Source: Candidatus Rariloculaceae bacterium (lineage in GTDB: Bacteria > Pseudomonadota > Gammaproteobacteria > Steroidobacterales > Rariloculaceae). From it: a stretch of DNA of 64,000 bases. A model generated the notes under the pieces. That model did no database searches, had not been told where the DNA came from, and worked only from the letters and a program-made list of their open reading frames with translations. The stretch spans positions 117,791 to 181,790 of the forward strand of contig OZ250159.1 of assembly GCA_965237785.1 (NCBI GenBank), written 5' to 3'. The number at the start of each line of letters is the position of its first letter. Within the stretch, counting starts at the first letter, position 1. Both the position numbers and the translations under genes were made by a program. Below are positions 1 through 9,440 of the stretch, piece by piece.

Positions 1-1654
1 CCGACACGAGGTAGAAGGAATCGCTCGACTCGCGCCGGATCGTGAACTCCGAATGCACGCCGCCGTTGCGGTTCAGGGCGTGTGCCAGGCACAGGCGCCC
101 GACCTGCTTCGGCGCGCTGTTGGCGACGAACCGGTTGAGAAAGTCTTCCGCGCCCGGGCCGGACACACGGCACTTGGCGAACGCGGTCATGTCGAGCAGG
201 CCGACATTGTGCGTGACATTGTCGACTTCCCTGCGAACCGCCTCGAACCAGCGCGAGCGGCGGAACGACCAGTCGTCTTCCCGCGGCATGCCGCCGGTGG
301 CGAAGAAATTGGGCCGCTCCCAGCCGAACTTCTGCCCGAATACGGCGCCGCGCGCCTGCATGCGCCCGTAGCAGGGTGCGGTGCGCAACGGACGCGCGGC
401 GGGGCGCTCCTCGTCCGGGAAATGGATGACGAACACGTGCGCGTACGCCTCCTCGGTCTTCTCGACCAGGTAGTCCCTGGTCGCGTAGTCGCCGAAGCGG
501 CGTGGCTCGACCCCCAGCATGTCGATGGTTGGCTCACCCTCGACGATCCACTCGGCGAGCTGCCAACCGGCGCCGCCCGCCGCCGTGATCCCGAAGCTGT
601 GCCCCTCGGACAGCCAGAAATTGTCGATATCCCACGCCGGTCCGATGATCGGGTTGCCGTCCGGCGTGTAGGCGATGGCGCCGTTGTAGACCTCCCTGAT
701 CCCGACTTCGGCGAACGCCGGCACCCGCGCCATCGCGGCTTCGATATGCGGCATGAGGCGGTCGATATCTTCCTGGAACAGCTCGTACTCGGCCTCGGGG
801 TCCGGGCCGTCGATGTAGCAGCAGGGTGCATCCCTCTCGTAGGGACCGAGGATGAAGCCGCTGTTTTCCTCGCGCAGGTACCACGAGCCGTCCGATTCGC
901 GCAGCACGCCGAGTTCGGGCAGGCCCTTGCGCTTGCGTGCTTGCAGGTCGGGATGCGGTTCGGTGACGATGTACTGGTGTTCCACCGGCATCACGGGGAG
1001 GTCGAGTCCCACCATCTCGCCGGTCTGGCGGGCGTAATTCCCGGTCGCGGAGACCACGTGATCGCAGGTGATGTCGCCCTTCTCCGTGTGCACCAACCAG
1101 CCGCCGGAGGTCGCCTGGTCGATCCCGACCACCGCGGTCTTGCGGTAGATCGCGGCGCCGCGCGCGCGGGCGCCCCTGGCCAGCGCCTGGGTCAGGTCGG
1201 CGGACTGGATGTAGCCGTCCTGCGGATGAAAGATGCCGCCGACCAGTCCGTCGATATCGCATAGCGGCCAAAGCGCCTTGATCTCGGCCGGCGTCAGGAA
1301 GCGCACGTCGACCCCGATGGTCTTCGCCGTCGCCGCGTATTGATAGTACTCGTCCATGCGGTCGCGGTTCATGGCCAGCCGCAGGTTCCCGACCTGGCTG
1401 AACCCGACCCGCTGCCCCGTCTCCTTCTCGAGCTGCCGGTAGAGGTTGACCGAGTACTTGTGTACCTGGCCCACCGAGTAACTCAGATTGAACAGCGGCA
1501 GCAGACCCGCGGCGTGCCAGGTCGAGCCCGACGTCAGCTCGCCCTTCTCGACCAGCACGACATCGTCGCCCCAGCCCTTCCTGGCCAGGTGATACAGGGT
1601 GCTGACCCCGACGACGCCGCCGCCGACGACGACAACTCTTGCCCGCGTTTTCAT
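1..1654 (-). CDS. FAD-dependent oxidoreductase, dimethylglycine/sarcosine dehydrogenase family (first ~551 codons; 3' end lies beyond the left edge)
   Basis: Not in the ORF track because no stop lies in the window. Hand translation of the minus strand from the ATG (complement of 1652-1654) gives MKTRARVVVVGGGVVGVSTLYHLARKGW...LVEKGELTSGSTWHAAG (GxGxxG FAD fold, typical DMGDH/SardH N-terminus). It stays open to position 1. The 403-aa plus-strand ORF 53..1264 is its antisense shadow. Confidence 0.8.
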   Translation of the reverse strand, partial: MKTRARVVVVGGGVVGVSTLYHLARKGWGDDVVLVEKGELTSGSTWHAAGLLPLFNLSYSVGQVHKYSVNLYRQLEKETGQRVGFSQVGNLRLAMNRDRMDEYYQYAATAKTIGVDVRFLTPAEIKALWPLCDIDGLVGGIFHPQDGYIQSADLTQALARGARARGAAIYRKTAVVGIDQATSGGWLVHTEKGDITCDHVVSATGNYARQTGEMVGLDLPVMPVEHQYIVTEPHPDLQARKRKGLPELGVLRESDGSWYLREENSGFILGPYERDAPCCYIDGPDPEAEYELFQEDIDRLMPHIEAAMARVPAFAEVGIREVYNGAIAYTPDGNPIIGPAWDIDNFWLSEGHSFGITAAGGAGWQLAEWIVEGEPTIDMLGVEPRRFGDYATRDYLVEKTEEAYAHVFVIHFPDEERPAARPLRTAPCYGRMQARGAVFGQKFGWERPNFFATGGMPREDDWSFRRSRWFEAVRREVDNVTHNVGLLDMTAFAKCRVSGPGAEDFLNRFVANSAPKQVGRLCLAHALNRNGGVHSEFTIRRESSDSFYLVS

Positions 1655-1762
1655 CGCTGTGGATCCCGTCTCAGAGGAATAGCCGCGGCGGCCGCGCGAA
1701 CAACTCGTGTACAAGGGGATCGTCGAGCCATGCAACCCGCGACCAGCTAATCTCCGTCGCCA

Positions 1763-3775
1763 TCAGATCGTCCTTCTGCGTCGCCGCCGGCCGGTCCCGA
1801 TGCCGGCGGAAACCGGCCTGGACGTTGGCTGTTCAACCACTGAGAACAGTCTTGGAAAGGCGTCTCGCTTGTTCGGGATCGCCATGGCGTTCACAAAATA
1901 TTCCTGGAACTTCGGTTCCACCGCTGTCTCGATCTTTTCGATATTGCGTACCGCGGCCTCGATCCTTGCGCGGGCCGGCACGTTCAACAACGCGATCAAC
2001 GCCCCCATGCCTGCCGCGTTGCCGGCCGACTCAACCCGGTTGAGGTCACAATCCGGAATCAGCCCCAGGACCATCGCGTATTTCGGATCGATATGGGAAC
2101 CGAACGCGCCGGCAAGCCGAATGCGATCGATCCTGTCGATGCCGGCCCGGTCCTGCAGCAACCTGACGCCCGCGTACAGCGCCGCCTTGGCGAGCTGCAC
2201 CTGGCGCACATCATTCTGCGTGACGACGATTCGCTGCGGGCCGTCGTGCAGGAGATACGAGAAAGTGCGCCCATCGGCGACGATTCGTTCGCTCCGGGCC
2301 GCCAGCGAACCGTCGACGACCCCATCCTCGTTGACGATCCCGGCCAGATACATCTCCGCGATGACCTCGATGATGCCGGACCCGCAGATGCCCGTGACTC
2401 CGGACGTCCGCACTTCCGCGTCGAACCCCGGGTCGTCCGACCACAGTTGTGAACCGATCACGCTGTAGCGCGGCTCAAGGTTCCCCGGATCGATGCGCAC
2501 ACGCTCGATGGCGCCGCGCGTGGCCCGCTGGCCGCAGGAAATCTGCGCGCCTTCGAACGCGGGACCGGTTGGACTGGAGCAGGCAAGCAGCCGGTCGCGG
2601 TTGCCGAGCACGATCTCCGCGTTGGTGCCCACGTCCACGACCAACGAGATCTCTTCCAGCAGGTGCGGCTCCTCGGCGAGTACCATCCCGGCCGCGTCGG
2701 CCCCCACGTGCCCGGCGATGCACGGCAGAATATAGACATTGGCGCCTGGATTGATCCCGATGCCGATGTCGCGCGCCTTGAGGTCGAGCGCGGTATCGAT
2801 GGCCAGTGCGAAGGGGGCGCCGCCGAGTTCACGCGGATCCAGCCCCAGGAACAGATGGTGCATGATCGGATTGCCGACGACAGTCAGTTCGACAACATCC
2901 GCCGGGCCGATGCCGCCCAGGCTGCAAACGTCGCCGATGAGGCCGTTCACGCCCTGGCGAACAGCGCGCGTCAGCTCGCCGGCGCCTTCCGGGTGCATCA
3001 TCACATAGGAAACCCGGCTCATCAGGTCCTCGCCGAAACGAATCTGCGGGTTCATGATGCCGTCCGTGGCGATCACCTTGCCCGCCGTCAGATTCACGAG
3101 GTGGGCGGCGATGGTCGTCGAACCGATGTCGATCGCGACACCATGTGCGCTGGGCTTGAAGCCGGGCCAGACGGCGACGATGGTCGATTGGTTGTGTACG
3201 GCCACGGTGACCCGCCACTCACCCTCGCGCAGTGCGGCCTGGAGACCCGGCAGGATGACGGGGTCACAGACCAGGTCAGCCTGGTTCCACTCCCAGGCCA
3301 GCGCGTCGCAGAGCCGCTGCAGGTCGCCGACCGATTCGAGCAGGTCGGCAGGCTGCACCTCGACATGGTAGAGCCGCGTAGCCGGATCGAGCTTGATGTC
3401 GCGATGTTCGGCATCCTTGCGCACGACCTGGCGATGCATCTGGCTCTCGGGCGGCACGTCGATGACGAGATCGCCCTGAATCACCGCCTGGCAGCTCAGG
3501 CGATGGTTGTTCTCCAGCTTGCGGCGGCGCTCACTGTACCGCACCTCGATCTCGTTGACCGCCGACAGATGCGTTGGGCGGGAATTGATCGCGTGCTTGG
3601 CAAAGTCCCCGTCCATGCAGACGACGCGGCAGCGGCCGCACAGCCCGCGGCCGCCGCATACCGAGTCCACGTCGACACCGATACTGCGGGCAGCATCCAG
3701 CAACCGCGTGCCGTGCGGAAACGAGCCGCGGCGCCCGGAGGGCGTAAACACGATCCTGGCATCCTTGATAGTCAC
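1763..3775 (-). CDS. 2Fe-2S ferredoxin domain + ASKHA (DUF4445) protein; reductive activase of corrinoid proteins (RACo/RamA-like)
   Basis: 670-aa ORF. N-terminal plant-type ferredoxin motif CGGRGLCGRCRV, followed by ASKHA-type phosphate motifs (AIDIGSTT, VDVGTNAEIV, GICGSGI). Located in a corrinoid methyltransferase gene cluster. Confidence 0.8.
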   Translation of the reverse strand: MTIKDARIVFTPSGRRGSFPHGTRLLDAARSIGVDVDSVCGGRGLCGRCRVVCMDGDFAKHAINSRPTHLSAVNEIEVRYSERRRKLENNHRLSCQAVIQGDLVIDVPPESQMHRQVVRKDAEHRDIKLDPATRLYHVEVQPADLLESVGDLQRLCDALAWEWNQADLVCDPVILPGLQAALREGEWRVTVAVHNQSTIVAVWPGFKPSAHGVAIDIGSTTIAAHLVNLTAGKVIATDGIMNPQIRFGEDLMSRVSYVMMHPEGAGELTRAVRQGVNGLIGDVCSLGGIGPADVVELTVVGNPIMHHLFLGLDPRELGGAPFALAIDTALDLKARDIGIGINPGANVYILPCIAGHVGADAAGMVLAEEPHLLEEISLVVDVGTNAEIVLGNRDRLLACSSPTGPAFEGAQISCGQRATRGAIERVRIDPGNLEPRYSVIGSQLWSDDPGFDAEVRTSGVTGICGSGIIEVIAEMYLAGIVNEDGVVDGSLAARSERIVADGRTFSYLLHDGPQRIVVTQNDVRQVQLAKAALYAGVRLLQDRAGIDRIDRIRLAGAFGSHIDPKYAMVLGLIPDCDLNRVESAGNAAGMGALIALLNVPARARIEAAVRNIEKIETAVEPKFQEYFVNAMAIPNKRDAFPRLFSVVEQPTSRPVSAGIGTGRRRRRRTI

Positions 3776-3829
3776 GTCAGATCCTCAAACAGTCCGTGGC
3801 AAAAGCCCCGCTGCATTCGAGCGGCGTGC

Positions 3830-4738
3830 TCACGCAACGGCTGAACGACGCCGGCGGCGCCTGCCGCCGCGCTCGCGCTCCGGCCGCACGGCCGATGGCT
3901 GGCGATACTTCCCGATCCAGTTCGCGCAGTCCGGATCGTGTCCCATCATGACGTCGGCCCCCAGCACGGCCTGCATCACCTCGGTGTGCAGCGGGCTCGT
4001 GATCGCGGAGGTCATGCCCGCGCCGATGGCCATGGTGAGAAACGCGGAATTGATTCCGTTGCGGTTCGGCAATCCGAAACTGACGTTGGATGCGCCGCAG
4101 GTGGTGTTGACCTTGAGTTCTTCGCGCAGCCGCCGGACGATGTGCATGACCTGCCTGCCCGCCGAGTTGATTGCGCCGATGGGCATCACCAACGGATCGA
4201 CCACCACGTCCTCGCGCGGGATGCCGTAGTCGGCGGCGCGTTCGACGATCTTCTTCGCCACTGCGTAGCGCACGTCCGGATCCTCGGAAATGCCGGTTTC
4301 GTCGTTGGAAATGGCGACCACAGCCGCGCCGTGCCGCTTTACGAGCGGCAGGACCGTCTCCAGACGCTCTTCCTCACCGGTCACCGAGTTGACCAGCGCC
4401 TTGCCCTCGTACACGGCCAAGCCGGATGCGAGCGCCGCGACGATCGACGAATCGATGGACAGCGGCACGTCGGTGATCGACTGCACGAGTTTGACGATGT
4501 CCGCCAGCATTTTCGGCTCGTCGGCGAGGGGCACGCCGGCATTGACATCGAGCATGTGCGCGCCGGCTTCGACCTGCGCGATCGCGTCGGCCTCGACCCG
4601 GCTGTAATCGCCCCGCGCCATCTCCTCGGCGAGAATCTTGCGCCCGGTGGGATTGATGCGCTCACCGATGATGACGAATGGCCGGTCGAAACCGATCCGC
4701 ACTTCCCTGGTGGGCGAGCTGACTACTGTTTCCGTCAT
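3830..4738 (-). CDS. methyltetrahydrofolate:corrinoid methyltransferase, pterin-binding domain protein (MtgA / MetH-pterin-domain-like)
   Basis: ORF 3830..5059 trimmed to ATG 4738 (MTETVVSSPTREVRIGFDRPFVIIGERINPTG...). This ATG overlaps the stop of the upstream gene (ATGA). The 107 upstream codons are Arg/Gly/Pro-rich and look non-coding. GERINPTG, NSVTGEE and GASNVSFGLP are pterin-binding barrel signatures. Confidence 0.8.
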   Translation of the reverse strand: MTETVVSSPTREVRIGFDRPFVIIGERINPTGRKILAEEMARGDYSRVEADAIAQVEAGAHMLDVNAGVPLADEPKMLADIVKLVQSITDVPLSIDSSIVAALASGLAVYEGKALVNSVTGEEERLETVLPLVKRHGAAVVAISNDETGISEDPDVRYAVAKKIVERAADYGIPREDVVVDPLVMPIGAINSAGRQVMHIVRRLREELKVNTTCGASNVSFGLPNRNGINSAFLTMAIGAGMTSAITSPLHTEVMQAVLGADVMMGHDPDCANWIGKYRQPSAVRPERERGGRRRRRRSAVA

Positions 4739-5814
4739 GAAATTGCCTCCACCGCTTGCACGGTTCGCGCGTTGGATACGGCGGGGTTGCCGTGAACCGA
4801 TGCGATGTTCTTCCAATCGAGCGTAGGCCGCCACGGCGTACGACCGCCCAGTACACCGGAACGCTCGACGATTTCCGCGACCCGGTGCTCCTGGCGGTAC
4901 GCCATGATGTGAATGCCGTGCACGCCCTCGATCTCCCTGATCCGATGGATCAGGTCGATGCAGAGTTTCACGCCCTCCCGCGGCTGGTTCGCGGCGCCCT
5001 TCAGGCGTCGGATGACCGCGTCCGGAATGTGAATGCCCGGAACGTTGCTGCGAATCCATTCGGCCGAACGGGCCGACGCGAGCGGACCGACACCCGGCAG
5101 GATGAAGACCTTCTCGTGCATCCCGGCGTCACGCACCGCCGCCATATAACGCTTGAACATCTCCACGTCGAAACAGTACTGGGTCTGCACGAACTGCGCG
5201 CCTGCCGCGACCTTCTTCGCAAGCCGGTATGGACGATAGTCGAGCGGCGGTGCAAACGGGTTCGCGGCAGCGCCCAGAAAAACCCGCGGCGGCTGGGTCA
5301 GCTTGCGCCCGCTCAGGAACCTGGCGTCATCGCGCATGCCGCGAACCATGCACAGCATCGACATGCTGTCCACGTCGAATACGGGCTTGGCCTGCGGGTG
5401 ATCGCCGACATCGATGCCATCGCCGGTCAGGCAAAGAATGCTGGCCACGCCCATGGCCGCTGCGCCGAGCACGTCGCCCTGGATCGCGATTCGATTGCGG
5501 TCCCGCGCCGAAACCTGCATGACCATCGCATAGCCGCGCCGCGTCAACAGCGAGCACATGCCGACGCTGGACATATGACAGTTTGCGCCCGATCCGTCGG
5601 TTGCATTGATCGCATCCACGTAGCCGTCGAACAGCGCGGCGCGCTCGTATACTTCGGCTGGATTCGCAGAATCCGGCGGCGCGATTTCGGCGGTCACTGC
5701 GAAGCCGCCGGCCCGCAGCACGCGCTCGAGCCGGCCGAACGAGGAGTGCCCGGGCCTGATCGGCAACGGATCGCCTGGAACCCGCGGTTCGTCTTCAAAC
5801 TGCATGTCTTGCAC
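4735..5814 (-). CDS. methylenetetrahydrofolate reductase (MetF-like, corrinoid/acetogen-pathway type)
   Basis: 359-aa ORF. Recognisable MTHFR barrel sequence (FAVTAEIAPPDS..., DAINATDGSGA, ILCLTGDG, GAQFVQTQYCFD). Overlaps both neighbouring genes. Confidence 0.8.
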   Translation of the reverse strand: MQDMQFEDEPRVPGDPLPIRPGHSSFGRLERVLRAGGFAVTAEIAPPDSANPAEVYERAALFDGYVDAINATDGSGANCHMSSVGMCSLLTRRGYAMVMQVSARDRNRIAIQGDVLGAAAMGVASILCLTGDGIDVGDHPQAKPVFDVDSMSMLCMVRGMRDDARFLSGRKLTQPPRVFLGAAANPFAPPLDYRPYRLAKKVAAGAQFVQTQYCFDVEMFKRYMAAVRDAGMHEKVFILPGVGPLASARSAEWIRSNVPGIHIPDAVIRRLKGAANQPREGVKLCIDLIHRIREIEGVHGIHIMAYRQEHRVAEIVERSGVLGGRTPWRPTLDWKNIASVHGNPAVSNARTVQAVEAIS

Positions 5815-6262
5815 TCTCGACCTTGATGCGCACCTCGCGCAGCCACGCCGACCGGCCGATCAACTGGTGGTCGACCGGCGGCTGCACGACCTGCAGCGGG
5901 AATTCGTCTTCACGCAATCGCTTGTTGCCTTCCCACGCGAGCACCCAGACGCACGGCATCTCGGGCTTCACCTCGCAGTATCCGTTGGCGCGGACGCCGC
6001 CGCAGGGGCCATTGCGCATCTTTTTCGGACAGTTCATCGGGCACGACAGCCCCGTGAACCCGACAATGCACTGGCCGCAGTTCTGAGAATCCAGCAGGAA
6101 GCCCTTGGCGAGCGACTCGATCTTCGTGAACGGCTTGTCGAGTCGCGCATAACCGATGCGCCGCAACAGCGGGTTGCACCAGACCAGGATCCGCTCGATA
6201 GCGAAGTAGAGTCGCTTGAGGTAGCGCGCGTTGCGCACTGACCATCGCCGCATTCGGTACAT
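5795..6262 (-). CDS. methylenetetrahydrofolate reductase C-terminal domain protein (MetV-like, Cys-rich)
   Basis: 155-aa ORF with the Cys cluster SQNCGQCIVGFTGLSCPMNCPKKMRNGPCGG. Lies immediately upstream of, and overlaps, the metF-like gene. Confidence 0.75.
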   Translation of the reverse strand: MYRMRRWSVRNARYLKRLYFAIERILVWCNPLLRRIGYARLDKPFTKIESLAKGFLLDSQNCGQCIVGFTGLSCPMNCPKKMRNGPCGGVRANGYCEVKPEMPCVWVLAWEGNKRLREDEFPLQVVQPPVDHQLIGRSAWLREVRIKVESARHAV

Positions 6263-6301
6263 GACAACCTGCTCCGTGGCTGTTCCGGGGCCGTTTCGGC
6301 G

Positions 6302-6622
6302 CTAGGGTCTGTTAACGCTGTCCGCGGCAACGCCGTGACTGCGGATCAACCCGTTGAGCCTCTCCTGCGTAAACTCGCCCTCGATTCGGCTCGCCTCGGC
6401 TAGCGCGATCTCGTGCAAGTCGGCGGCGGCGTCAATCGCCGTTGTCTCGCGGTGCCAATCCGCGATGTAGGCCGCGCTACCGCCCTTGCCGGCGCGCATG
6501 GCGGCACGGTCGATCGCCTCCTGGAAGCGGCCGCTCAGCATGACCTTCTCGCGCCGCCGGCCGCGCTGCAAGATGAGCTGCGACGGAATGTCACGCCAAA
6601 GAATGAGAACTTTCTTGACCAT
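6302..6622 (-). CDS. small conserved protein of corrinoid-methyltransferase clusters ('virulence factor' domain, as I recall the Pfam/PGAP name)
   Basis: ORF 6302..6685 trimmed to MVKKVLILWRDIPSQLILQRG... (ATG 6622). Overlaps the end of the DUF1638 gene. The family name is from memory and unverified. Confidence 0.55.
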   Translation of the reverse strand: MVKKVLILWRDIPSQLILQRGRRREKVMLSGRFQEAIDRAAMRAGKGGSAAYIADWHRETTAIDAAADLHEIALAEASRIEGEFTQERLNGLIRSHGVAADSVNRP

Positions 6623-7220
6623 TTTCCGATCGCGTGAAGCGCGCCGCCAGGCTCGTTTCAAGCTCGCCGTAACCGCAGTGCACATGCTCGAAGTCGAGTT
6701 CGAGGCGTGCGGCGGCCTGCGCGGCGGATTCGAGTAACCGAGCGTCTTCTGTCTGCGAGAGGTACACGAGTTTGCGGTAGTTGCCGAAATACGCGTTGCG
6801 GAGTTCCGGATGCCGATCCAGGCCCAATGGTTTCACGACGAATCGATCGAAGTGGCGCGCCAGGAAGTCGGTCAGGTAGAACGTGCCGGGTTCCGCCATG
6901 GAAAGCGCCGCGAAACGTTCGCGGCCGGCGAAGAACTCGTAGCAGTGCGCGCCTTCCAGCCGAACCGCGCCTTCCTCCTCCAGCACGCGGTCGATGCCGC
7001 CGGCGGTGCCGCAATCCGCATAGGCGACCAAGATTTCGTCATACGCGGAGCGATGCCGGCGAATCATTTGCCGCAGGCGCCCGGGAATTTCGGCCGGGCG
7101 GTTGTGGAGTTTCGCATCGATACACTTGAGATGCAGGTGCCACCAACCCCAGCGGTGCCTGAGCGCGTCGATCTCACGCGCCAGGGCGCCGCAGGCGATG
7201 ACCAGGATCGGCTCAGGCAT
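6591..7220 (-). CDS. DUF1638 domain protein (accessory gene of MttB/corrinoid clusters)
   Basis: 209-aa ORF starting MPEPILVIACGALAREIDAL... with AYADCGTAGGID and YFGNYRKLVYL. This matches my recollection of DUF1638, which is usually next to mttB-family genes. Confidence 0.65.
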   Translation of the reverse strand: MPEPILVIACGALAREIDALRHRWGWWHLHLKCIDAKLHNRPAEIPGRLRQMIRRHRSAYDEILVAYADCGTAGGIDRVLEEEGAVRLEGAHCYEFFAGRERFAALSMAEPGTFYLTDFLARHFDRFVVKPLGLDRHPELRNAYFGNYRKLVYLSQTEDARLLESAAQAAARLELDFEHVHCGYGELETSLAARFTRSENGQESSHSLA

Positions 7221-7262
7221 GGACGATCTCTCCCTCGTCCGGGATTGCGTATTCGGTGGCCA

Positions 7263-8852
7263 TCAGTAGGCTCGATCCTCGAACGCCGACTTGCGCCGAT
7301 GGATGAACTCCACGAGCGCCTCGTCGATCGCGGGATCGAGCGGCGGCGCCTCGTACTCCTGGAGCATTTGTTTCCAAATCCCGTTGGCACGCTGGGCGGC
7401 GTCGAGCGAGCCGTCCTGCTGCCATTGTTCGAAGCTGTTGTTGTCCGCGACGTTGGAACGATAAAACGCAGTCTCGAAATTTTGCCGGGTATGCGCGGCG
7501 CCGAGAAAATGCGAGCCGGGCCCGACCTCGCGCAGCGCGTCCAGGGCCTGGGCATTCTCCGACAGGTCGACCCCCTTCAACAGGACCGCGATCATGTTGG
7601 CCTGGTCGGCGTCCAGGATGAACTTTTCGTAGCCCATCGAGAGGCCGCCCTCGAGCCAGCCGGCGGTATGAAGCATGAAGTTCACGCCCGCCAGCGCGGC
7701 CGTCTGCAGCGTGTTGGCCGCCTCGTAGGCCGCCTGGGCGTCGGGAATCTTCGACGCGCACAACCCGCCGCCGCTGCGAAAGGGCACGCCCAGGCGGCGC
7801 GCCAACTGCCCCACGCCATAGAGGACGAGGCTTGGCTCCGGCGTGCCGAAGGTCGGCGCCCCCGACTGCATGGACACGGCGGCGGAGAACGCACCGAACA
7901 CCACGGGGGCTCCGGGCCGCACGAGCTGAGTGTAGGCCATGCCGGCCAGCGCCTCGGCGAGGATCTGGGTCAGCGTGCCGGCCACGGTCACCGGCGACAT
8001 CGCGCCGGCGAGCAGGAACGGCGAAATGACCGTCGCCTGGTTGTTCTCGGCGTAGACCGTCGCCGCGCCCAGCATGGTCGCGTCGAAGGTCAGCGGCGAA
8101 TTCGCGTTGATAAGGCTCGTCAGTACCGTATTGTTCGCTACAAAATCTTCGCCAAACACGATCCTCGCCATGGCCACGGTGTCCTCGGCGCGCTCGGGAT
8201 GCGTGACGGAACCCATGAACGGCTTGTCGCTGTACTTGATATGGCTGTAGACCATGTCGAAGTGACGCTTGTTGACGGGGACGTCGACAGGCTCGCAGAT
8301 CGTGCCGCCGGAGTGGTGCAACCCCGGGCTCATCCAGGCGAGCTTCACGAAGTTGCGGAAGTCCTCAATGGTCGCGTAGCGGCGCCCGTGGTCAATATCT
8401 CGCACGAACGGCGACCCGTAGGCGGGCACCAGCACGGTGCGGTCGCCTCCGATGATCGTGGTGCGTTTCGGATTGCGCGCGTGTTGTCTGTACTCGCGCG
8501 GCGCCGTGGCCTGGACGAGCGACCGGCACATGCCGCGCGGGAACCGCACGCGCTCGCCGTCCACGTCCGCGCCCGCTTCCTTCCAGAGTGTGAGCGCCCG
8601 CGGGAATTCGCGGAACTCGATGCCGATTTCCTCGAGCACGGTATCGGCGTTGTGCTCGATCAACTCCAGCGCTTCGGTATCGAGAACCTCGAAACAGGGA
8701 ATCTTCCGATCGATCCAGGCCGCGAACTCGTCCCCCGGCCCGCGCCGGCGCGCGGCGAGCTTCGCCGCCCGGCCACGCCGAACGGTGCGGCCGGTGCGGC
8801 CGGTGCGGCGCTTTTGGCCAGGGTCTTGCCTGCATCGCGGATCGTCGATCAT
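7263..8852 (-). CDS. MttB-superfamily (trimethylamine methyltransferase family) non-pyrrolysine quaternary-amine:corrinoid methyltransferase, paralog 1
   Basis: ORF 7263..9074 trimmed to ATG 8852 (MIDDPRCRQDPGQKRRTGRTGRTVRRGRAAK..., the Arg-rich N-terminus typical of the family). Long MttB-like body (NANSPLTFD, PFLLAGAMSPVT, HFLGAAHT). No in-frame stop, so it is non-Pyl. Confidence 0.85.
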   Translation of the reverse strand: MIDDPRCRQDPGQKRRTGRTGRTVRRGRAAKLAARRRGPGDEFAAWIDRKIPCFEVLDTEALELIEHNADTVLEEIGIEFREFPRALTLWKEAGADVDGERVRFPRGMCRSLVQATAPREYRQHARNPKRTTIIGGDRTVLVPAYGSPFVRDIDHGRRYATIEDFRNFVKLAWMSPGLHHSGGTICEPVDVPVNKRHFDMVYSHIKYSDKPFMGSVTHPERAEDTVAMARIVFGEDFVANNTVLTSLINANSPLTFDATMLGAATVYAENNQATVISPFLLAGAMSPVTVAGTLTQILAEALAGMAYTQLVRPGAPVVFGAFSAAVSMQSGAPTFGTPEPSLVLYGVGQLARRLGVPFRSGGGLCASKIPDAQAAYEAANTLQTAALAGVNFMLHTAGWLEGGLSMGYEKFILDADQANMIAVLLKGVDLSENAQALDALREVGPGSHFLGAAHTRQNFETAFYRSNVADNNSFEQWQQDGSLDAAQRANGIWKQMLQEYEAPPLDPAIDEALVEFIHRRKSAFEDRAY

Positions 8853-9169
8853 GCGCGGCCTCCTGCTGCGGGAAAACGCCTGAGTCGTGAAAGAGCAAGC
8901 CCCTATTGCATCTTCGAATGCCAGTCTGCGGCAGAATGCCGATCCGTGCATCGCCGGATGCGACATGGAGCCAATCGCAAGCGACATGGCGGCGCCTCCG
9001 GCTGCTGTTGGCGATACGCAACAAGTTATCGTGCGATGGCTGAAAACCCCGGTATACCTGTCCATTTTTGACACTCCGATGTCGCATAGGCTTCATCGGG
9101 CGTCGCATCCCGGTGCTATTCTCGGTTCACTTGGAGTCGAGATTGAGCCACCGAAGGGGGGAGGACACA

Positions 9170-9364
9170 ATGCCAGTTTCCCTGCAATCAAAACGTACCG
9201 CACCATGTGCTGCCGCCGCCGTGTCCGCCCTGGGGCCCGGCGATATCGATGACCCTGGAATCACCAATTTCTCCGATTACGTCCTGAGTTTGCCGAGCGT
9301 GACCGCCGGCGGCAGCGGACCGGGTCAGAACACCATCGGCATTCGCGTGAGCATGAACTTCTGA
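9170..9364 (+). pseudogene. 64-codon ORF resembling the N-terminal plug segment of a TonB-dependent receptor (fragment)
   Basis: ATG 9170 is preceded by GGGGGGAGG 5 nt upstream. Translation is ...DIDDPGITNFSDYVLSLPSVTAGGSGPGQNTIGIRVSMNF*. This resembles the TBDR plug motif (...NF.D....LPSV......GPGQ..I.IRG), then terminates. Confidence 0.35.
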
Positions 9365-9440
9365 CCGACCAGAACCTGACAACAGGCCAGAAACTACTGA
9401 ACTTTCACAACGGGAAATTGGGTGGTTGGAGGCAGTTTGC

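Noticed and set aside
53-1264. 403-aa plus-strand ORF, and the 245-aa/214-aa minus ORFs in other frames
   Set aside because: The sequences are Arg/Ala/Gly-rich and lack motifs. The region is fully explained by the DMGDH-family gene in another minus-strand frame, so these are typical high-GC shadow ORFs.
4739-5059. N-terminal extensions offered by the ORF track. These are 3830..5059, 7263..9074, 22939..24225, 26914..28671, 29229..30047, 31390..32847, 35110..36372, 40709..42073 and 55463..55699
   Set aside because: The extensions overlap upstream genes and are Arg/Pro/Gly-rich. Internal starts give family-typical N-termini, signal peptides or start-stop coupling, so the features were trimmed accordingly.
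6810-9071. 753-aa plus-strand ORF. Similar long antisense ORFs lie at 2663..3844, 9405..10832, 15250..16365, 18187..19086, 20361..22082, 27421..28512, 40679..41740, 41882..42799 and 46975..47874
   Set aside because: Each lies antisense to a gene with clear family signatures. All have the R/G/A/P/H-rich composition of non-coding frames in GC-rich DNA.
8853-9440. Possible cobalamin riboswitch in the leader of the corrinoid genes (also checked at 19834..20288, upstream of a TonB receptor)
   Set aside because: By eye I found no B12-box-like core or other riboswitch consensus. Without an Rfam/Infernal scan I cannot support a call.
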